Below, one piece after another: positions 63,248 through 64,000 of a DNA stretch of 64,000 nucleotides. Source of the stretch: an uncultured Nitrososphaerota archaeon (GTDB taxonomy: Archaea > Thermoproteota > Nitrososphaeria > Nitrososphaerales > Nitrosopumilaceae); the NCBI GenBank assembly GCA_963824385.1, contig CAWGPD010000004.1, positions 416,001-480,000 on the forward strand, written 5' to 3'. The notes below the pieces were generated by a model. That model saw nothing but the letters and a program-made list of their open reading frames with translations, had not been told where the DNA came from and made no database searches. The stretch's first letter is position 1. Every line of letters begins with the position of its first letter. Position numbers and translations under genes: made by a program.

Positions 63248-64000
63248 TTGAGGATCCTAACAATAGACGATTTTGATACTAAGGGTAAAACTGTTTTTCT
63301 CAGAGTAGACATGAATTGTCCCATTGATCCTGTTACCATGAACATAATTGAAACAAGTCGAATTAGAGAATCAACTGAATCACTCAAAGATCTGGAAGAT
63401 GCCAAGGTAGTCATTGGATCACACCAGGGAAGAGTGGGAAACAAAGATTACACCGGCATGGAAAAACATGCTAAAGTACTAGAACAAATCCTAGGACGCA
63501 AAATAAAATACATTGAAGATGTAATTGGTGCTGAAGCACAAAGAGAGATTAAAAATATGAAAGATGGTGACATAATATTGCTTGATAATTTAAGATTGTG
63601 TGCGGAGGAAAATTATGAGTTTGCAGCTTCTGAAGCGTCAAAAACAATAATGGTACAAAGATTATCAAAGTTATTTGATATCTGTGTTTTAGATTCATTT
63701 CCAAGTTCACATAGATCCCATCCATCAATAATTGGTTTTGCACATGTCCTTCCATCTTGTGCAGGTAGATTGGTAGAACGCGAAGTAAGAAAGCTAGATG
63801 AGATAATGACTGTTGCCAAGGGACCTCATGTGGTTGTGCTGGGAGGGTCCAAAGTGGTAGATAGATTAGAGGCAATAAAAGAATTAATTGAAAATGGTAG
63901 AGCTGATCAGGTTCTTCTCACAGGAGTAATTGCCAATGTATTTCTAAGAGCTCAGGGAAGAATCAAGTTCCCACTAGGAATTAAAAGAGAAGAAGAGGTT
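63248..64000 (+). CDS. pgk: Phosphoglycerate kinase, 5' part; runs off window
   Basis: Manual translation: TTG start, GKTVFLRVDMNCP, SHQGR, LLDNLR, HRSHPS, LGGSKV. Confidence 0.93.
   Translation, partial: MRILTIDDFDTKGKTVFLRVDMNCPIDPVTMNIIETSRIRESTESLKDLEDAKVVIGSHQGRVGNKDYTGMEKHAKVLEQILGRKIKYIEDVIGAEAQREIKNMKDGDIILLDNLRLCAEENYEFAASEASKTIMVQRLSKLFDICVLDSFPSSHRSHPSIIGFAHVLPSCAGRLVEREVRKLDEIMTVAKGPHVVVLGGSKVVDRLEAIKELIENGRADQVLLTGVIANVFLRAQGRIKFPLGIKREEEV

Overview
64 kb of an AT-rich archaeal chromosome. Gene content (DnaJ-ferredoxin fusion, PEFG-CTERM proteins, Vps4/CdvC, ScpAB, TFB, intron-containing tRNAs) points to an ammonia-oxidiser of the Nitrososphaerota/Thaumarchaeota, probably Nitrosotalea-like (inference). 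Layout: housekeeping and translation genes (1-17 kb); a ~14.5 kb phosphate/polyphosphate island (two PstS, pstCAB-phoU, AbrB-PhoU regulator, DUF47-PiT, CHAD, Ppx, SixA, and a pair of thymidylate-kinase-like genes resembling a heteromeric polyphosphate kinase); an ABC exporter/S-layer-like module with a repeated operator (35.7-42.7 kb); sufC and tRNA-Leu; a tetrapyrrole/heme cluster (48.6-55.8 kb); a ~4 kb IS6-like DDE element with cargo (56-60 kb); then ssb and the 5' part of pgk. About 30 genes or sites carry single-base frameshifts. Roughly 27 of them can be repaired at or next to AGCT or GATC, so they look like methylation-induced sequencing errors rather than pseudogenes. Features missing from the ORF track include a C/D-box guide RNA predicted to methylate C34 of tRNA-Met, a DnaJ-Fer gene, rps27ae, three zinc-finger mini-proteins and an RHH gene. 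A recurrent CTATATAG palindrome is a candidate archaeal Pho box. All calls come from reading the sequence by eye; no database searches were run.
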